The notes under the pieces: generated by a model
Told to the model about the DNA's origin: nothing
The model's database searches: none
Seen by the model: only the letters and a program-made list of their open reading frames with translations
Source of the DNA: Planctomycetota bacterium
GTDB lineage: Bacteria; Planctomycetota; JAJSAM01; JAJVHW01
Length of the DNA: 64,000 nt
Direction of reading: 5' to 3'
Assembly (NCBI GenBank): GCA_965248445.1
Contig: CBDFJG010000003.1
Span: forward strand, 800,001 to 864,000
Shown here: positions 61,056-64,000 of the stretch, in pieces
Position numbering within the stretch: the first letter of the stretch is position 1
How the letters are laid out: the number at the start of each line of letters is the position of its first letter
Position numbers and translations under genes: made by a program

Positions 61056-63050
61056 ATGCGATTCGAACGTGATCTCTGTTTGAACCTCACCGCCGCGCTC
61101 GGCCGTCACTGGCTGGAGACCGATGGACGTGGTGCCTACGCGTCCTCGACTGTCCTCGCCGTGCCGACGTCACGCTTCCATGGCTTGCTCGTGGCGCCTT
61201 CGCAGGAGCAGCCCGAACGCCACGTGTTCGTGTCGCGCTGCGAGGAGACATTCCGCGGGGACGGGCGAGAGTTCCCGATCTCGGATGCGCAGTTCCCCGG
61301 ATCGCTGCACCCGGGCGGCCACCGTTTCCTCAACGCGTTCGACCTCGACCCGACCGCCGCGGACCCTAATCCGCGCTACACGTACCGCATAGGACACGTG
61401 GTCGTGACCCGCGAGATCCGCATGCTGCGCGACCGTCCCGTCACGCTCGTGCGGTACACGGCCACCGGACAGCGCAAGCCAATCCAGCTCGGGCTGCGGC
61501 CGTTCCTGCCGTGCCGCCGGGCCGACGCGCTCACGTGGGTCAACGACAGCGTCGACGAGGGCGTGCGGTCCGTCGAGCGGGGAATCGTGTCACGCCCGTA
61601 CGAGGCGCTGCCCGAAGTCGCTCTGACGATCTCCCGCCAGGCCGCGTTCGCACGGAGTCCGAAATGGGTACGCGGGATCGAGTACGCGGACGATCTCGCG
61701 CGCGGCTACGACGGTCACGAGGACCTGTGGTCACCCGGAGAGTGGAGCGTTCCGCTCGAGTCGGGGGAGGATGTCGTGCTCGCCCTGACCATCGGCGAAC
61801 CGGTCGGCGATCCGGGCGGGGCGTGGCGGGCCGCCGCCCAACTCGCCGAGCCCGCGGGCAACGCTGAGGGCGTGCGGGCGACGCTCGAGGCCGCCTGCGA
61901 CCACTATCTCTACCGCGACCGGGACGGGCGCCCGGGAGTCATCGCCGGCTTCCCGTGGTTCGGCGAGTGGGGCCGCGACTCTCTGATCGCGCTGCCGGGG
62001 CTCACGCTTGCCCGAGGGGAGATCAAGGCATGCGGCGACGTGCTGACGGGGATGCTGCCCTGGTTGCGCGACGGCCGTCTCCCGAATGTGTTCGGCCCCA
62101 CGCCGGAGGCCAGCGACTACAACAAGGCCGTCGATCCCGCGATGTGGTTCGGCCGCGCCGTGCGGCTCTACGCGGACGCCGGCGGCGACGAGTCGCGCGT
62201 GCGCGACGTGCTCCTGCCCGCCCTGCTGGAGATCGGCGAGGCCCACCGGGGCGCCCGCGGCGACACGCTGATGTGTGACGGTGATGGCCTCCTGTTCGCT
62301 GGATCGGCGGACGTTGCGGCCACATGGATGGACGCCGTCGTCGACAACCGCCCTGTGACGCCGCGCAACGGCGCTCAGGTCGAGGTGAACGCGCTCTGGT
62401 ACGTGCTCGCGGACACGCTCGCGAACTTGCTGGAGGGATCCCCCGCCGCGGAGTGGTCCGGCTTCCGCGATCGTCTCGGTGAGGCGTTCCTGCGCCGATT
62501 CTGGCTTGAGCGGCGCAATCGGCTCGCGGACGTCCTGACGACGACCGGCGAGGACGACAGCGTCCGGCCGAATATGGTGATCGCGGCGGCTCTCGAACCG
62601 TCGCCTCTGAGCGCGGAGCAGCGCGCGACGGTCGCCGACCTTGCCCGTGCCGAGCTGCTGACGCCGTTCGGACTGCGCACGCTCTCGCCGCGCTACCTTC
62701 ACTACCGCGGCCGCTTCGAGGGCGATCAGGTTGCGCGCGACGACGCCTACCATCAGGGCACGGTGTGGCCGTGGCTCCTGGGCTTCTTCGTCGAGGCGGA
62801 ACTGCGCGGGCTCGGCCGGTCGCCGGAACTGGTCACGCGGCTCCGCGGCCTCCTGGACGGCTTCGCGACGCACCTCGGCGAGCACGGGCTCGGCCACGTC
62901 TCGGAGGTCTTCGACGGCGATCCGCCGCACCGCCCCGGCGGCTGCTTCGCGCAGGCGTGGAGCGTGGCCGAGATCGTCAGGGCGTACAGTCTGCTGGACG
63001 CGGACACTGGGCTGCTGGACGTGGACGAAACAGGGAGCGGTGCGGCATGA
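61056..63050 (+). CDS. Glycogen debranching enzyme, amylo-alpha-1,6-glucosidase type (GDE_N + GDE_C)
   Basis: Motifs WLETDGRGAYASST, IAGFPWFGEWGRD, TWMDA, VEVNALW, AYHQGTVWPW, QAWSVAE. Confidence 0.93.
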   Translation: MRFERDLCLNLTAALGRHWLETDGRGAYASSTVLAVPTSRFHGLLVAPSQEQPERHVFVSRCEETFRGDGREFPISDAQFPGSLHPGGHRFLNAFDLDPTAADPNPRYTYRIGHVVVTREIRMLRDRPVTLVRYTATGQRKPIQLGLRPFLPCRRADALTWVNDSVDEGVRSVERGIVSRPYEALPEVALTISRQAAFARSPKWVRGIEYADDLARGYDGHEDLWSPGEWSVPLESGEDVVLALTIGEPVGDPGGAWRAAAQLAEPAGNAEGVRATLEAACDHYLYRDRDGRPGVIAGFPWFGEWGRDSLIALPGLTLARGEIKACGDVLTGMLPWLRDGRLPNVFGPTPEASDYNKAVDPAMWFGRAVRLYADAGGDESRVRDVLLPALLEIGEAHRGARGDTLMCDGDGLLFAGSADVAATWMDAVVDNRPVTPRNGAQVEVNALWYVLADTLANLLEGSPAAEWSGFRDRLGEAFLRRFWLERRNRLADVLTTTGEDDSVRPNMVIAAALEPSPLSAEQRATVADLARAELLTPFGLRTLSPRYLHYRGRFEGDQVARDDAYHQGTVWPWLLGFFVEAELRGLGRSPELVTRLRGLLDGFATHLGEHGLGHVSEVFDGDPPHRPGGCFAQAWSVAEIVRAYSLLDADTGLLDVDETGSGAA

Positions 63051-64000
63051 GGGTTCTCGTACTGGGTTGGGAGTTTCCGCCGCACATCTCGGGCGGGCTG
63101 GGGACGGCCTGCCAGGGTCTCGTGGAGGGTCTCGTCTCCAACGGCGCCGACGTCACCGTCGTCCTGCCACGCGTCCACGGCGACGAGGCTGCCGGCGACG
63201 CGCGGATCGTCGACTGCGGTGTGCCCGAGAGTCCGCACCGCGAGGTGACCCTGGACGCCGCGCTGCTGCCGTACCTGACGGCGGAGCAGTACACACGGCT
63301 CGCCGAGCGCACCGGTCGTTCAGGCGAGTTCGGCGAGGACCTGTTCGCGGAGGTCGGCCGCTACGCGCGCGCCGTTCCAGCACACGTCGAGGGAACGTAC
63401 GACGTCGTGCACGCGCACGACTGGATGACGTTTCCGGCAGGAGCAGCGACAGCCAACAAGCTGGGCATCCCGCTCGTGCTGCACGTGCACTCGTGCGAGT
63501 ACGACCGCGCAGGCGATCAGGCGCACCCGCGCATTCTCGCTGTGGAACAGAAGGGGCTGGACGCCGCGGACCGCGTGATCTGCGTGAGCCGGTACACCGC
63601 GAACCAGCTCCGCGAGCGCTACGACGTCGATGCGAACAAGGTGCGCGTCGTCCACAACGCCGTCAGCGACTCCGGGAGCCCCGTCGTGCGCAAGCCGCAG
63701 ACGCGGCTCGACGAACCGATCGTCCTGTTCATGGGCCGTGTCACCGCCCAGAAGGGGCCGACCTACTTCCTCGAGGCCGCTGCGCTGGTCGCCCGGGAGC
63801 TGCCGAGCGTGAAGTTCGTGCTGGCCGGCGGAGGCGACATGCTCTCCGCGATGATCGAACGAGCGGCCGAGCTGGGACTCGCACGGCACGTGCACTTCAC
63901 GGGGTTCCTGCGGGGCCCCGAGGTGGACCGCATGTACGACGAGGCGTCCGTGTTCGTGATGCCGTCGGTCTCCGAGCCCTTCGGCATCGCGCCACTCGAG
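63047..64000 (+). CDS. GT4 glycosyltransferase, glycogen-synthase-like (runs off window edge)
   Basis: Not in the ORF track because it has no stop inside the window. ATG 63047 overlaps the GDE stop; MRVLVLGWEFPPHISGGLGTAC, HAHDW, GRVTAQKGP, PSVSEPFGI. Confidence 0.92.
   Translation, partial: MRVLVLGWEFPPHISGGLGTACQGLVEGLVSNGADVTVVLPRVHGDEAAGDARIVDCGVPESPHREVTLDAALLPYLTAEQYTRLAERTGRSGEFGEDLFAEVGRYARAVPAHVEGTYDVVHAHDWMTFPAGAATANKLGIPLVLHVHSCEYDRAGDQAHPRILAVEQKGLDAADRVICVSRYTANQLRERYDVDANKVRVVHNAVSDSGSPVVRKPQTRLDEPIVLFMGRVTAQKGPTYFLEAAALVARELPSVKFVLAGGGDMLSAMIERAAELGLARHVHFTGFLRGPEVDRMYDEASVFVMPSVSEPFGIAPLE

Overview
This is a very GC-rich, gene-dense bacterial window. Gene style suggests a Planctomycetota-like organism, which is inference only. 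1-12.9 kb holds a minus-strand NADH:quinone oxidoreductase operon, nuoA-N, with nuoN running off the left edge. 13.5-32.9 kb is an envelope/proteolysis region: M1 aminopeptidase-HEAT, Ser/Thr kinase, two TPR proteins, an M1+M28 double peptidase, Mrp/ApbC, a frameshifted S8-PKD protease, an LTA-synthase-like sulfatase and a tandem degenerate GGDEF protein. 33-41.2 kb is a YqiJ-like / flotillin (YqiK-like) / 1797-aa AAA 'DNA repair ATPase' operon. 41.5-49.8 kb encodes secreted unknowns, an SGNH hydrolase and a histone-H1-like DUF2934 protein. 50-64 kb is the most interesting part: glycogen genes (glgC, glgA, debranching enzyme, GT4) interleaved with four ATP-grasp ligases, two alpha/beta-hydrolase esterases (one with a CBM48-like N-terminus) and an S51-like peptidase. 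This looks like an uncharacterised ligate-and-remove system tied to glycogen. No rRNA, tRNA, CRISPR array or mobile element could be supported. Most start codons were re-picked by eye and are approximate. All family calls come from motif recognition, not database searches.
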